54,417 nucleotides of DNA from Thermomicrobiales bacterium (GCA_035540335.1 DATLHE010000195.1:1-54417); one strand, 5' to 3'; positions 27,114 through 36,738 are shown, counted from the first letter of the stretch. The notes: generated from the letters alone by a model not told the origin. A program made the numbers and translations.

Positions 27114-28877
27114 GTGACTGGATCGACAATGACTGACCTGTTGGCGCGGCCCGGCGCCCCTGAATTCGCGGTGGAGATTCCGGCGCACCCGCTCTCGCTC
27201 GATACCCCGGCGCTGTTCCGCTCCGATGCGCCCACCGTTCAGTTGCTGCGGGAGGAGTCGGCGTCGCATCCGTTCGCGGTGACCGTGGCGGCGGCGTGGT
27301 CGTGCTACGGCGCGCGGCCGGCGAAGGTCGAGAACGTCGTCAAGCTGGTCTACGGGCCGGAGCCGTCGCATCTCTCCGACGCGAAGCTGGCGGCGCGGCG
27401 GGAGCGGCGCGACCGGGCGATCAAGCTCTACGCCGACCTCTTCGCGGCCGGGCATCACACGACGTTCCAGCACGCGACGTTCGTCTTCGTGCTCGACAAC
27501 GTGTCGCGGCTGGCGATCTGGTCCTTCTTCCACTCGCATCCGTTCTACAACTCCGAGCAGGTGTCGCAGCGCTACCGGGAGGTCTCCGGCGACGTGATGA
27601 CCGCGCCGGACCTGCCGGAGGCGCTGCGGGGCGTCTACGACGGGGCGATCGCGCGCAGCCTGGAAGGCTACCGGCGGCTCGGCGAGATCCTGGCGCCGGA
27701 TTTCCAGCGGCTGTACGCGCAGGTCTTCCCGGCGCGGGCGAAGGCGAAGGGCGAGCAGGCGCAGGAGCGGGTCGCGGACGCCGTCCAGAAGCGGTCGCAG
27801 GAAGTTGCGCGGTATGTCCTGCCGCTGGCGACGCCGGCGCACCTCTACCACACGGTCAACGGGCTGACGCTGCTGCGCTACTACGAGCTGGCGAACCAGC
27901 CGGACGTGCCGACCGAGGTGCGGTACATCGTCAACCAGATGGTGCGGCAGGTGCTGGAGGTGGACCCCTACTTCCTCGGGGGGCCGGGGCATCCGCTCGA
28001 CCTCGCGGTGCTCGGGGCCGAGCAGACGCTGGAGGCCGAGGCGTTCGATGCCTGGCGGCGGAACATGGGGCAGGACCCGGACGGCGCGGAGGCGTTCTTC
28101 ACGGAGTATGACGCCGAGCTCGGCGGGCGGAACTCGCGGCTCGTGTCGTACAACCCGCACGGCGAGCGGACGATGGCGGACGCGGTGCGCGCGGTGATGG
28201 GGATGGACGGGCGCGGGCTGAGCGACGCGGACGCGATCGCGCGGGTGCTGGATGGGGCGCAGAACGCCTATCACGGCAACGCGCTCTTCCTGGGCATGCA
28301 CTCGAAGCTGATGCAGACGATGAACCACGTCCCGTTCACGTTCCAGAAGCGGATCAGCGGCGCGGAGGACGCCCAGAACCAGCGGCACCGGGGAACGCCG
28401 TCGTCGAGCCCGATGCTGACGGCGCACCTGCGGCGGGAGCCGGACGTGATCGTGCCGTGGGCGGTGCGGCAGAACCCGGCGGCGGTGGCGGAGTACACCG
28501 AGACGGTCAACGCGATGTGGACGGCGAAGAACCGTTTGCTGGACGGTGGGGCGTCGCCAGAGGTGGCGCTCTACCTGCTGCCGAATTCGCACAACGTGCG
28601 GTTCTACGAGAGCGGGTCGCTGTTGTCGTACTACTGGAAGTGGATCAAGCGGCTCTGTCTCGACGCGCAGCGGGAGATCTCGGAGACGGCGTGGCAGGAG
28701 GTGCAGCAGGTGCGCGAGGTGCACCCGCTGATCGGGCAGTATGTCGACGGGCCGCCGTGCGTGATGCGGAACCGGAGCGGGGCGCGGCCGATCTGTCCGG
28801 AGGGGGAGCGGTACTGCGGGATCCCGGTGTGGCGGAACTATGAGTTCGAGAAGCTTCCCGATCTGCGGGTGATGTAA
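27114..28877 (+). CDS. Tandem-duplicated ThyX-like (FAD-dependent thymidylate synthase fold) protein
   Basis: 587 aa. First half 'HHTTFQHATFVFVLDNVSRLAIWSFFHSHPFYNSEQVSQRY'. Second half 'NHVPFTFQKRISGAEDAQNQRHRGTPSSS'. Both resemble the ThyX H..FTF...SR....RHR-x7-SQRY block. Start is GTG 27114 or ATG 27129. Confidence 0.78.
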   Translation: MTGSTMTDLLARPGAPEFAVEIPAHPLSLDTPALFRSDAPTVQLLREESASHPFAVTVAAAWSCYGARPAKVENVVKLVYGPEPSHLSDAKLAARRERRDRAIKLYADLFAAGHHTTFQHATFVFVLDNVSRLAIWSFFHSHPFYNSEQVSQRYREVSGDVMTAPDLPEALRGVYDGAIARSLEGYRRLGEILAPDFQRLYAQVFPARAKAKGEQAQERVADAVQKRSQEVARYVLPLATPAHLYHTVNGLTLLRYYELANQPDVPTEVRYIVNQMVRQVLEVDPYFLGGPGHPLDLAVLGAEQTLEAEAFDAWRRNMGQDPDGAEAFFTEYDAELGGRNSRLVSYNPHGERTMADAVRAVMGMDGRGLSDADAIARVLDGAQNAYHGNALFLGMHSKLMQTMNHVPFTFQKRISGAEDAQNQRHRGTPSSSPMLTAHLRREPDVIVPWAVRQNPAAVAEYTETVNAMWTAKNRLLDGGASPEVALYLLPNSHNVRFYESGSLLSYYWKWIKRLCLDAQREISETAWQEVQQVREVHPLIGQYVDGPPCVMRNRSGARPICPEGERYCGIPVWRNYEFEKLPDLRVM

Positions 28878-28917
28878 ACCACGTCATTGCAAGGGTCGAC
28901 CCGTGGTCGACCCGTAC

Positions 28918-28945
28918 GGGCCGCCCTTGTGGCGGCCCTTTTCGT
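28918..28945 (+). terminator. Rho-independent terminator after the ThyX-like gene
   Basis: GGGCCGCC-cttgt-GGCGGCCC followed by TTTTCGTT. Confidence 0.65.
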
Positions 28946-28975
28946 TGGCGATGCGTTGTGGCCCGAGGGTGCGTG

Positions 28976-29196
28976 GGCGCACGCCCTGCGGGGTGCGCGG
29001 CTACGACGGGGAGGGCATTGAACGCGCCGTCGTTCCGTGCCCTTTTGGTTGGATGAGCGCGTTCAATCCCTCACGGGATCGGGCGCAACCACGCCGGCCG
29101 CCGGTGCGGCACACGAGGCCCGACGCTACCGGGGCGAGCGGGGTTGCCGGATCGCAACGGGAATGGCAGCCCCGGGCCGCAAGGGCCCGGGGCTAC
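28976..29196. repeat. Mosaic ~220-bp composite repeat, copy 1 (modules G + family-A hairpin 29008-29073 + B)
   Basis: Module order matches 39798-40024. It runs GCGCACGCCCTGCGGGGTGCGCGGCTACGA, then GGGAG.(G/A)CATTGAACGCG...CGTTCAATCCCTC. It ends with GGGCGCAACCACGCCGGCCGCCGGTG..GGGTTGCCGGATCGCAACGGGAATGGC.GCCCCGGGCC....GGCCCGGGGCTAC. Copy 1 carries a ~33-nt insertion. Confidence 0.85.
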
Positions 29197-29258
29197 GAAG
29201 GGCGGACGGGGTTTCAGGAACAGTGCGGGGTTGTGGCGGGAGGCCACAAGGGCCTCCC

Positions 29259-31484
29259 CTACCGGGGTTCGATGACGATGACCTCATGGTCGGCGATGGA
29301 CGGGATTGTGACCTCGACCATGCCATCGCGGCTGGTGAGGTCGGCGCAGTCGCCGGCGACCAGCAACCGGGCCTCGTCGGCTGTCGTCTCCATGGCGACG
29401 CGGATCGTGATGGGACCAACCGCGTAGACCTCGTCGACGGGCGCGAAACCGGTTTCGTGGCCGGACAGGTTCACGAGGTGGAGGATGCGCCGATCGCCCT
29501 GCCGGTAGAGTTGACAGTGCAGCAAGCCCGGCCCCTCGACCGCGACCGGCATCCGGTCCCGGGCGCTCCAGCGCACGAGGTTCGCCAGCAGCCGGGCATG
29601 GTCCGGCAGGCGGCTCCGGCCAAATGTCCGATCGAGGTCGGCCGCGAGGTATGCGACACGCCCGCCGGCCGATTCGTTAAGGACGAGGGCGGGGACGTCG
29701 CTGTGGGTCGTCCGCATCCAGGCCGTCTCCGGTGGGTAGATGGGGAAGGGCGGGATCAGCGTCAGCGGCACGGTGGCATCTGCAGCCGGGACAACGACCT
29801 CCAGCCGGCCGCCGAAGGAGATCGTATCGGTTTCATCCAACCCGGCGAACACCGGGTGGCGGGGGGTGTCGTCGTCCGGCTCGGTGCCGGTGCTCGGCCC
29901 GTAGACCCATCGCCGTCGTTCCGGCGCGAGGCGCAGGTATGTATGCTGCGCCCATTCGTCCCACGATTGCCGGTCGTCGTTGCTGGCGCCGTGGTACGCG
30001 CCGGTCGTGTGCGCGCCGAACACGTCCGCGAGGGCGAAGTCGTCGCGCTTGCGGCCCCGGTCATCGAACAGGCTCGTCTCGCCAGTGGAGACGAGGCCGC
30101 CACCACCGGCCACGAAGCGGCGGATCGCCGCGCACTGCGCATCGGACAGGGTGCCGACGTTGGGAAGCACCAGCGTCGTGAGGCCGTGAGCCTGGACGTC
30201 CCGCTCGATGTGGTCGGCGTGGACTGGCAGATACGGGATGCGCGCCCGGATGAGCGCGTCGGTCATGCCGTTCCACGGCAGGCGGTAACGCTCGTCTGGC
30301 CGATCCTGCCCGTAATAGTCGACATTCTCCTGCGACCAGACGAGGCCGACCGTCGCCACCGGCTGCCGATCGACGAGGTACTGCTCGTGCTCCCGGTGCC
30401 AGGTGAAGAGCGGCTCGGCGGTCGTGTACTGGCGGCGATCCTCATGGTAGGCGCCGATGTGGTGCCACCACGGTTGGATCGTGCCGGCGAAGCCTTCGAG
30501 GGCCCACAGCCGGGCGTCAGCGGGGGTCTTGCTGGCCAGCCGGAAGCTTGGCTGACCCGCGCCGTACATGGCCATGCTCTCGGGGATGAGCTTGTCCCAG
30601 CCCAGCAGGCCGTGCAGCAGCGTGCCGAACTCCCCGTTGCGCTGGAAGCCCATGCCGGGGTGGCGGTATTGGGAGTCGAGGAAGATGAGCTCCGTGCGCT
30701 CGGCGATCGCCTGGTAGTCGCGAAAGTGCTTCCCCTGCGCGATGAGGTCGCCGGCGTTCATGCCGATCCAGAGGCAGTGCTCGCCGCCGTGCCGGCGAGT
30801 CGTCTCGTTGTTGATGTCCCAGATGGCTATGCGGCGGTCGTAGCTCCAGCGAATCCACGCGCGATAGACGGGGTCGTCCCAGTCGTGTTTCTGGGGCAGC
30901 TCGGCGTTCGCGTGATCGCGGAAGGCCTTCCGGCAGTGGACGCAGTAGCAGATGCGGTCGCGTTGGAGCCCGCTCCAGCTATTGTCGGCGAAGCCGTCGG
31001 GCCGGTAGCGCTCGATGACCTCCCGCAGCACGTTCGGGATGAAGACGTCGTAGTAGGGGCTGTTGACGCAGGCGATGAAGAGGTCGCCCGCGCGGTAGGG
31101 CTGCCCGGCCGCGTCGACGGTGAACCAATCCGGGTGCTCATGATAGAAGCGGGCGTCGGCGCGGTTCGAGTCCATGCGGGCGACGACGCAGAGCCCCTCC
31201 TCGCGCGCCTCGGCGACGATCTCGCCGAAGAGATCGCGATCGCCGAGGTGCTCGGCGCGATGGTGGAGGGGATCCGCGCTTGGGTAGTAGGCGACGATGC
31301 CGCCGGCGTTGACGATCACGCCCTGGATGGCGGTCTTGCGCCAGTGGTTTCGCCACCAGGCGTTGTCGTAGCGGACGGGGTCGACCTCGGTGAGGTTGGT
31401 CTGCCCCCAGCGGCGGCAGGTGCGGTACCAGGGTGCGGCGCTGGCCGATTCCTCGGACTGTGCGTGAGTCAGCGTCTGTGCCAT
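29259..31484 (-). CDS. GH42-like glycoside hydrolase (TIM barrel + trimerisation/GATase-like domain)
   Basis: ORF trimmed to ATG 31484 (GAGGAG SD), giving 741 aa. 'ACVNSPYY' and, 40 residues later, 'ICYCVHCRKAF' resemble the GH42 4-Cys zinc site. 'LVLPNVGTLSDAQCAAIRRFVAGGGGLVSTGE' resembles the beta-galactosidase trimerisation domain. Confidence 0.72.
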   Translation of the reverse strand: MAQTLTHAQSEESASAAPWYRTCRRWGQTNLTEVDPVRYDNAWWRNHWRKTAIQGVIVNAGGIVAYYPSADPLHHRAEHLGDRDLFGEIVAEAREEGLCVVARMDSNRADARFYHEHPDWFTVDAAGQPYRAGDLFIACVNSPYYDVFIPNVLREVIERYRPDGFADNSWSGLQRDRICYCVHCRKAFRDHANAELPQKHDWDDPVYRAWIRWSYDRRIAIWDINNETTRRHGGEHCLWIGMNAGDLIAQGKHFRDYQAIAERTELIFLDSQYRHPGMGFQRNGEFGTLLHGLLGWDKLIPESMAMYGAGQPSFRLASKTPADARLWALEGFAGTIQPWWHHIGAYHEDRRQYTTAEPLFTWHREHEQYLVDRQPVATVGLVWSQENVDYYGQDRPDERYRLPWNGMTDALIRARIPYLPVHADHIERDVQAHGLTTLVLPNVGTLSDAQCAAIRRFVAGGGGLVSTGETSLFDDRGRKRDDFALADVFGAHTTGAYHGASNDDRQSWDEWAQHTYLRLAPERRRWVYGPSTGTEPDDDTPRHPVFAGLDETDTISFGGRLEVVVPAADATVPLTLIPPFPIYPPETAWMRTTHSDVPALVLNESAGGRVAYLAADLDRTFGRSRLPDHARLLANLVRWSARDRMPVAVEGPGLLHCQLYRQGDRRILHLVNLSGHETGFAPVDEVYAVGPITIRVAMETTADEARLLVAGDCADLTSRDGMVEVTIPSIADHEVIVIEPR

Positions 31485-31580
31485 GCGGGCGTGCTCCTCT
31501 GCTGTCGTGTGGCCGTTGGATCCTATCGCTGGATTGGTTATGTCGATGTCGCCGGTAGCATCTCCCTTGTCGCGACGAGC

Positions 31581-31652
31581 GGGACGACATTGGATGCGCG
31601 CGACGGGGCGGGTGGCGAAGGTGCATGTGCGCATCCAAGTCGTCCCCTACGG
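31581..31652. repeat. Family-A hairpin element, divergent variant, intercistronic
   Basis: GGGACGACATTGGATGCGCG ... GCGCATCCAAGTCGTCCCCTACGG. Lies between the permease stop (31693) and the GH42-like start (31484). Confidence 0.75.
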
Positions 31653-31692
31653 ACGGGGATGACACTCCCGCCGTAGCCGCGTGTGTGCCGTG

Positions 31693-32571
31693 CTACTTGA
31701 AGCCGGTCATGACGATGCCGCGCAGGAAGAACCGCTGGGCGAAGAGAAAGATGATGACGACCGGGATAATCGAGATGGTGGCGCCGGCCATGAGGACGCT
31801 CACCTGGCTGAAGTACTCGCCCTGGAAGAGCTTGAGGGCGACGGGCAGCGTCTGCAGGTCGGCGGAGTTGAGGAAGATCAGCGGACCGAAGAGATCGTTC
31901 CAGGAGTCGAGGAACGTGAAGATGCCCACCGCCGTCAGCGCCGGCGTCACCTGCGGGAGCATGATCCGCCAGTAGATCTCGAAGGTCGACGCGCCGTCGA
32001 GCCGGGCGGCGTCCTCCAAATCCTGCGGGATCTGCTTGAAGAACTGGCGCAGCAGGAAGACGGCGAAGACGGAATGCAGCACGCGCGGCACCCAGAGCGG
32101 GAAATGGGTGTCCACCCACCCGATCTCTTTGTAGATGATGTATAGGGGAATCAGGGTGACGATGCCCGGGACCATCAGCGTCGAGAGGAGGATCGAGAAG
32201 GCCAGGTCGCGGCCCCGGAACTGCAGCCGGGCGAAGGCGTAGGCGGCGAGTGAGGCGACGAAGGTCACACCGACGACGTTGATCGCCGCGAGCTTCACGC
32301 TGTTGAACAGGTACTGGGGGATGACGTCCCAGACCTCCTGGTAATTCTGCCACTGGAAGTCCCGTGGGACGAACGCGGGAGGCAGGGCGAGGACCTTGTT
32401 CTCCGGCCGCAGGGAGGCCGTGATCATCCACGCAAGTGGCGCAAGGAAGAGCACGGCGAGCGCGGTCATCAGGGCATAGAAGAACGTATCGGTAGCAATA
32501 CGGACGGCCCGCCGCCGGGTGCGGCTGGGTGCGTCATGTTCCTGCACGCCTGCGAGGCTCAACTCGGCCAT
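31693..32571 (-). CDS. Carbohydrate ABC transporter permease (MalG-like)
   Basis: 292 aa, six TM helices. EAA-loop region 'QIPQDLEDAARLDGASTFEIYWRIMLP'. Confidence 0.9.
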   Translation of the reverse strand: MAELSLAGVQEHDAPSRTRRRAVRIATDTFFYALMTALAVLFLAPLAWMITASLRPENKVLALPPAFVPRDFQWQNYQEVWDVIPQYLFNSVKLAAINVVGVTFVASLAAYAFARLQFRGRDLAFSILLSTLMVPGIVTLIPLYIIYKEIGWVDTHFPLWVPRVLHSVFAVFLLRQFFKQIPQDLEDAARLDGASTFEIYWRIMLPQVTPALTAVGIFTFLDSWNDLFGPLIFLNSADLQTLPVALKLFQGEYFSQVSVLMAGATISIIPVVIIFLFAQRFFLRGIVMTGFK

Positions 32572-32627
32572 GGATGCTGCCTTTCCTCGGTGGTGGTGAT
32601 CATTCTGCGGATGGGTATCGTCCGGAG

Positions 32628-32692
32628 CGGGAGGGCATTGCTGCCCTGTTGCCTTTCAGGTGGCGGTGGCTCCGCAATCCCTTCGCTACGGG
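32628..32692. repeat. Family-A hairpin element, variant, intercistronic between the two permease genes
   Basis: CGGGAGGGCATTGCTGCC ... GCAATCCCTTCGCTACGGGG. Confidence 0.7.
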
Positions 32693-32703
32693 GGCAAACG
32701 GCC

Positions 32704-33672
32704 CTAGTCGTAATGCACCCAGTACTTCTGCAGCTTCCACTGGAGCACACTGATCACGCCGATGATCAGGAAGAGGATCCACGCCATCGCTGAGGCGTAG
32801 CCCATGCGCGAGAACTGGAAGGCGTGCTTGTAGAGCTGGTGGATGTAGACCTCGGTGGAGTTCGCCGGGCCGCCACTGGTCATCACGTAGATGATGCCGA
32901 ACACCTGGAACGACGAGATGAACTGGGTGATGGTGAGGAAGAAGAGGGTCGGCGTCAGCAGCGGGATGGTGATCGCGCGGAATCGCCACCAGGCCGACGC
33001 GCCGTCGACCTTGGCGGCCTCGTAGTAGACCTCCGGGATGCCCTGCAGCCCAGCGAGCAGGATCACCATCGGGTAGCCGACGCCGAACCAGACGCTGACG
33101 ATGATGATCGCCGGCATCGCCCAGGTCGTGCTCGACAGCCACGAGGGGCCATCGGCGCCGAAAGCGCCGATCAGCCAGTTCAGGGGGCCACGGTCCGGCG
33201 CGAAGAAGAAGCTCCAGACGAGGCTGATGGCGACAACATTGGTGACGACGGGGAGGAAGTAGGCCGTGCGGAAGAGCGTCACTCCGGGCATCTGGCGGTG
33301 GCAAAGGAGCGCGAGCGCGAGCGCCAGCCCCATCGTGAGCGGGATATGCCCGGCGACGTAGTAGAGCGTGTGGAGCAACGTCTCGCGGAAGGCGGCGTCA
33401 CGGGTGAGCAGGCGGTCGTAGTTGAAGAGGCCGACCCAGTCGCGCTTGGTGAGTCCGTCCGAGTTGGTGAACGAGGTGTAGAGGGAGACGAGGATTGGGC
33501 CGACGTAGAAGGCGAGCACGCCGATCGCCACGGGCAGGATAAACAACCAGCCCTCGATGTCCCGCCGGGCCTGACGCGACAGGCGGGGTGGCGCCCACGC
33601 GCGCCGGGCCGGGCCGGTGTCCACGATCATCTGCGACTTCCCGTCCGCCAAAGCATCTTGCTGCCGATGCAT
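32704..33672 (-). CDS. Carbohydrate ABC transporter permease (MalF-like)
   Basis: 322 aa. 'GIPEVYYEAAKVDGASAWWRFRAITIPLL' is the EAA loop. Start is ATG 33672 or ATG 33630. Confidence 0.9.
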   Translation of the reverse strand: MHRQQDALADGKSQMIVDTGPARRAWAPPRLSRQARRDIEGWLFILPVAIGVLAFYVGPILVSLYTSFTNSDGLTKRDWVGLFNYDRLLTRDAAFRETLLHTLYYVAGHIPLTMGLALALALLCHRQMPGVTLFRTAYFLPVVTNVVAISLVWSFFFAPDRGPLNWLIGAFGADGPSWLSSTTWAMPAIIIVSVWFGVGYPMVILLAGLQGIPEVYYEAAKVDGASAWWRFRAITIPLLTPTLFFLTITQFISSFQVFGIIYVMTSGGPANSTEVYIHQLYKHAFQFSRMGYASAMAWILFLIIGVISVLQWKLQKYWVHYD

Positions 33673-33763
33673 GATTCTTCTGCCTGTGCGGACGGGGAGC
33701 GCGGCGCTGGCGCTCCCCGTCCGTCAGCGATGACGCGCCGCGGAGCGGCGGTCGCGTGGGGAC

Positions 33764-35098
33764 CTAGAACGCGCCGCTCAGGATCTCCTCGATCTCCTGG
33801 CGGACGCCGGTCAGGACCTCTTCCGCGGTGGATTCGCCGGTCCAGACGAGGTCGAGCTGCGGCCGGTAGACGTTGCGCGCGTTCTCGGTGTACTCGGTGA
33901 AGTGGACGTTGGTGTTGTGATCCATTGCGGTCGCGAACAGCTCCATGCTGGCGGGGTTCTCGCCTCCCTCGGCGGTGATCGTCTCAGCGCTGCCCTTGAA
34001 GGCGGGGACGAACTCGCCGCCGTCGGCGAAGATCTTGCTGCCATCGGCGCCGGCCAGGAACTTCAGCAGCTCCCAGGCACCCTCCGGGTTCTTGGCGGCC
34101 GTCGGGATGGCGTAACAGATGAGGCTGCCCTCGGTCTTGTGGTCGGCCTTGGCGGGCGGCGGGGCGACATCCCAGTTGAAGTCGGCGCCGTTACGCCGGA
34201 AGTAGTTCCGGGTGCCCATCGTGCGGAAGATCATGCCGACACGCTGCTGGATAAAAAGGTTGTTCCCCGAGTTGGCCTCGGTCACGAGCCCGCGCTCGGG
34301 CTGGACTTTGTGCTTGAGCGTGAGGTCGGCCAGCCACTGGATCGCCTCGACGCCCTGCGGCTCGGCGAGAAGGAACTGCGTGCCGTCCTCGGAGTAGATG
34401 CCGTCCGCAAGTCCATTGTTGACGGAGAAGGTCTGCTCGCAGCCGGTGTCGTCGTAGATGAGCGCGCCCCACCGCTCGCCCTCGACGGTGAGCGCCTTCG
34501 CGATCTCGACGAAGTCGTCCCAGGTCCACCCCTCGCTCGACCAGTCCTTGGGCGGCAGGGGGATGCCCGCCTCGTTGAACATGTCGACGTTGTAGTAGAT
34601 CAGCCGCGGCTGGTTGCCGAGCGAGACCGCCGTATACTTGCCGGTCGGCTGCTTCGCGAAGTTCCAGATCGGCTCGTAGAAGTCGTCCGGACTGATGCCG
34701 TCCCGCTCGATGAGCGGTTGCAAGTCCGTGAACTGCTCCTTGCTGGAGTAGAAGCGGACGAAGTCATCGTTGGTGCGGATGATGTCCGGCACCGTGCCGC
34801 CGGCGAGCATCGTGCGCACCTTGGTCTCGTAGTCGGTGCCGGTGCCGGGGGTGGGGATGATCTCGACCGGGTTTCCGGACTGTTCCTGGTAGGCGAGGAT
34901 GGCCGCCTCGGTGACCGTGCCTTCCATGGCGTCCCAGTTCATGAAGGACGTGGAGGCGGCGTCCTGGAGCGCGAGCCGGCGCCGGGTTGATGCCCGTGGG
35001 CCGGCGAACGCCGATGACGGCAAGGCGGACGCGGCGCCGGCGAGTGCCAGGCCGCCCAGAATGTTCCTGCGAGTCGTGCGATGACGAATGACGGACAT
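33764..35098 (-). CDS. ABC transporter extracellular solute-binding protein (family 1, sugar)
   Basis: ORF 33764..35299 trimmed to ATG 35098 (GAAGGGA SD). Tat-like signal 'MSVIRHRTTRRNILGGLALAGAASALP'. Confidence 0.9.
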   Translation of the reverse strand: MSVIRHRTTRRNILGGLALAGAASALPSSAFAGPRASTRRRLALQDAASTSFMNWDAMEGTVTEAAILAYQEQSGNPVEIIPTPGTGTDYETKVRTMLAGGTVPDIIRTNDDFVRFYSSKEQFTDLQPLIERDGISPDDFYEPIWNFAKQPTGKYTAVSLGNQPRLIYYNVDMFNEAGIPLPPKDWSSEGWTWDDFVEIAKALTVEGERWGALIYDDTGCEQTFSVNNGLADGIYSEDGTQFLLAEPQGVEAIQWLADLTLKHKVQPERGLVTEANSGNNLFIQQRVGMIFRTMGTRNYFRRNGADFNWDVAPPPAKADHKTEGSLICYAIPTAAKNPEGAWELLKFLAGADGSKIFADGGEFVPAFKGSAETITAEGGENPASMELFATAMDHNTNVHFTEYTENARNVYRPQLDLVWTGESTAEEVLTGVRQEIEEILSGAF

Positions 35099-35284
35099 TC
35101 GGCCGTATCCCTTCTGCGCATGTAGTCGTGGCGTCGAGCGAGGGTAAACACGATTGGAACGCTGGTGCGCGCGGACGTTCTCGTGCCTGGTGGGCCTCCT
35201 TCGTCGTCGGCTCGCGCGGGGGCGCGGAGCTGGTGTGCGGTGGTCGATGCTGCGTTGACTCGGACAATGAGATGTATGGATTGA

Positions 35285-35318
35285 TGGAAACGTTAGCATG
35301 ACATCGTTAACAGGTCAA
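35285..35318 (-). promoter_or_regulatory. Candidate promoter of the ABC operon overlapped by two tandem LacI-type operators
   Basis: Minus strand reads TTGACC (35318-35313), 17-nt spacer, TAACGT (35295-35290). The plus-strand 14-mers TGGAAACGTTAGCA (35285-35298) and TGACATCGTTAACA (35299-35312) fit TGnnAnCGnTnnCA. Confidence 0.45.
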
Positions 35319-35343
35319 CTCGGCGGATGGGCGCGAGGCGCCC

Positions 35344-36738
35344 TCATCGCTGCTTGAGCGCGTCCCCCGCGCCGGACAGATTGTCCAGCTGCATCTCGGA
35401 GTACTTCCGGCTGAGCACGACGCCTTGCGCGCCGCCGTCGAGGGCGGCGAGGACGGCGTCTCGGACCTGCTGGCGAGTGCTGTGCGCCAACCCCGGCCCC
35501 GTGGGGATGTCGATGTCGATGCCCGGGTAGATATTGCAGCAGGACCCCACGGCCTTCACCGCCCGCTCGGTCTCCCGGCGCACGTACGAGGCGGAGAAGC
35601 CGGTGGTGGAAAGCTCGTCGAAGGCGGCCTCCTCCAGCTGCAGGAGCCGGAGCAGGAGGGGGTAGACCTCGGCCGGCGAGGCGTCCGCGAACAAGCTCCG
35701 GCAGATGTTCTGGACCCAGGTGTGGAAGCGCGGGCCGGCGCAGTTGTCGTAGGTGACGACCTTGATGAAGTCCGAGTAGTGCGCCATCTCCTCGTAGTCC
35801 TGGTCCGCGCGGTAGAACGGGCTGAAGCTGATGTTGTGGTAGACGTGCCAGCCGACCTGGACATCGGCGTTGGACGCCTTCGCCACGCCGTAGATATCGC
35901 GGTACATCTGGTGCTGGCTATCGGTCCATAGGGTCTGCCAGGCGAGCAGCTCTGGATACTGCAGCAGGAGTCGCCACAACGTCACGAACGCTCCATCCGG
36001 TGGAATCTGGCCGTCGCCGACCTCCCGATTCCAGGCGATGGCCTTCCGAAAGCCTTCCTTCGCGCGCCCGACGTCGATCCCTCGTTCCCGGCCGATCTGC
36101 TGGCAGTAACGGCAGAAACAGGTGGGGAGCTCGCCGTGATGGGCGGCAGACAAAGGCGCCTGCATCAGCAGGTTGAGCGGCCCGGGGCGCTCGGAGCACC
36201 ACGCCAGGCCATCCAGCTCGTAGCTCCTGGTGTAGTCCTCGACCATGCTCAGATGCCAGATGCGGTAGTCCGGGTTATTGAAGCAGGGCCGGGCGGTCGG
36301 GACGCCCCACGCATCGACCTCGAGGCATTTCGCGAAGTTCGGATACGTGCGCAGCTCCGCCGCGTAGCTGCTCTCCTCCATCCACGCAAAGGTCTGCATG
36401 CCGCGCCGCTTCGCCTCGGGAATCACGGCGTCGAAGATATCCCAGCCCGGGTGCTCGGGGGCGCGGCCCACCGGGCCCAGCAGCGTCCCGCCATAGTATT
36501 CGGGGTGGATGGTCGCGTAGTTCCCGCCCACCCAGTCGTGGTCGTATTCCTGGGCGCCATGGTCCGGCAGGGGGTGGCCGGGCAGCTGGCGGCCGCCGGT
36601 CCCGCGGGTCCAGGTCGGCGTGGCGAGGAACAGGGCGTTCACGCCGGCAAGCCGCTGCACGGTGTCGAGGGTCGGCTCGACGCCCTCATCGTGGAACGAA
36701 ACGGCCCCCACCTGTAACGCGACGAATGGATCAGCCAT
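35344..36738 (-). CDS. GH42-like TIM-barrel hydrolase without trimerisation domain (hypothetical)
   Basis: 464 aa. 'RPCFNNPDY' and, downstream, 'TCFCRYCQQIG' show the same C-x-N-[SN]-P ... C-x-C-x2-C pattern as 29259..31484. No other family recognised. Confidence 0.6.
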   Translation of the reverse strand: MADPFVALQVGAVSFHDEGVEPTLDTVQRLAGVNALFLATPTWTRGTGGRQLPGHPLPDHGAQEYDHDWVGGNYATIHPEYYGGTLLGPVGRAPEHPGWDIFDAVIPEAKRRGMQTFAWMEESSYAAELRTYPNFAKCLEVDAWGVPTARPCFNNPDYRIWHLSMVEDYTRSYELDGLAWCSERPGPLNLLMQAPLSAAHHGELPTCFCRYCQQIGRERGIDVGRAKEGFRKAIAWNREVGDGQIPPDGAFVTLWRLLLQYPELLAWQTLWTDSQHQMYRDIYGVAKASNADVQVGWHVYHNISFSPFYRADQDYEEMAHYSDFIKVVTYDNCAGPRFHTWVQNICRSLFADASPAEVYPLLLRLLQLEEAAFDELSTTGFSASYVRRETERAVKAVGSCCNIYPGIDIDIPTGPGLAHSTRQQVRDAVLAALDGGAQGVVLSRKYSEMQLDNLSGAGDALKQR

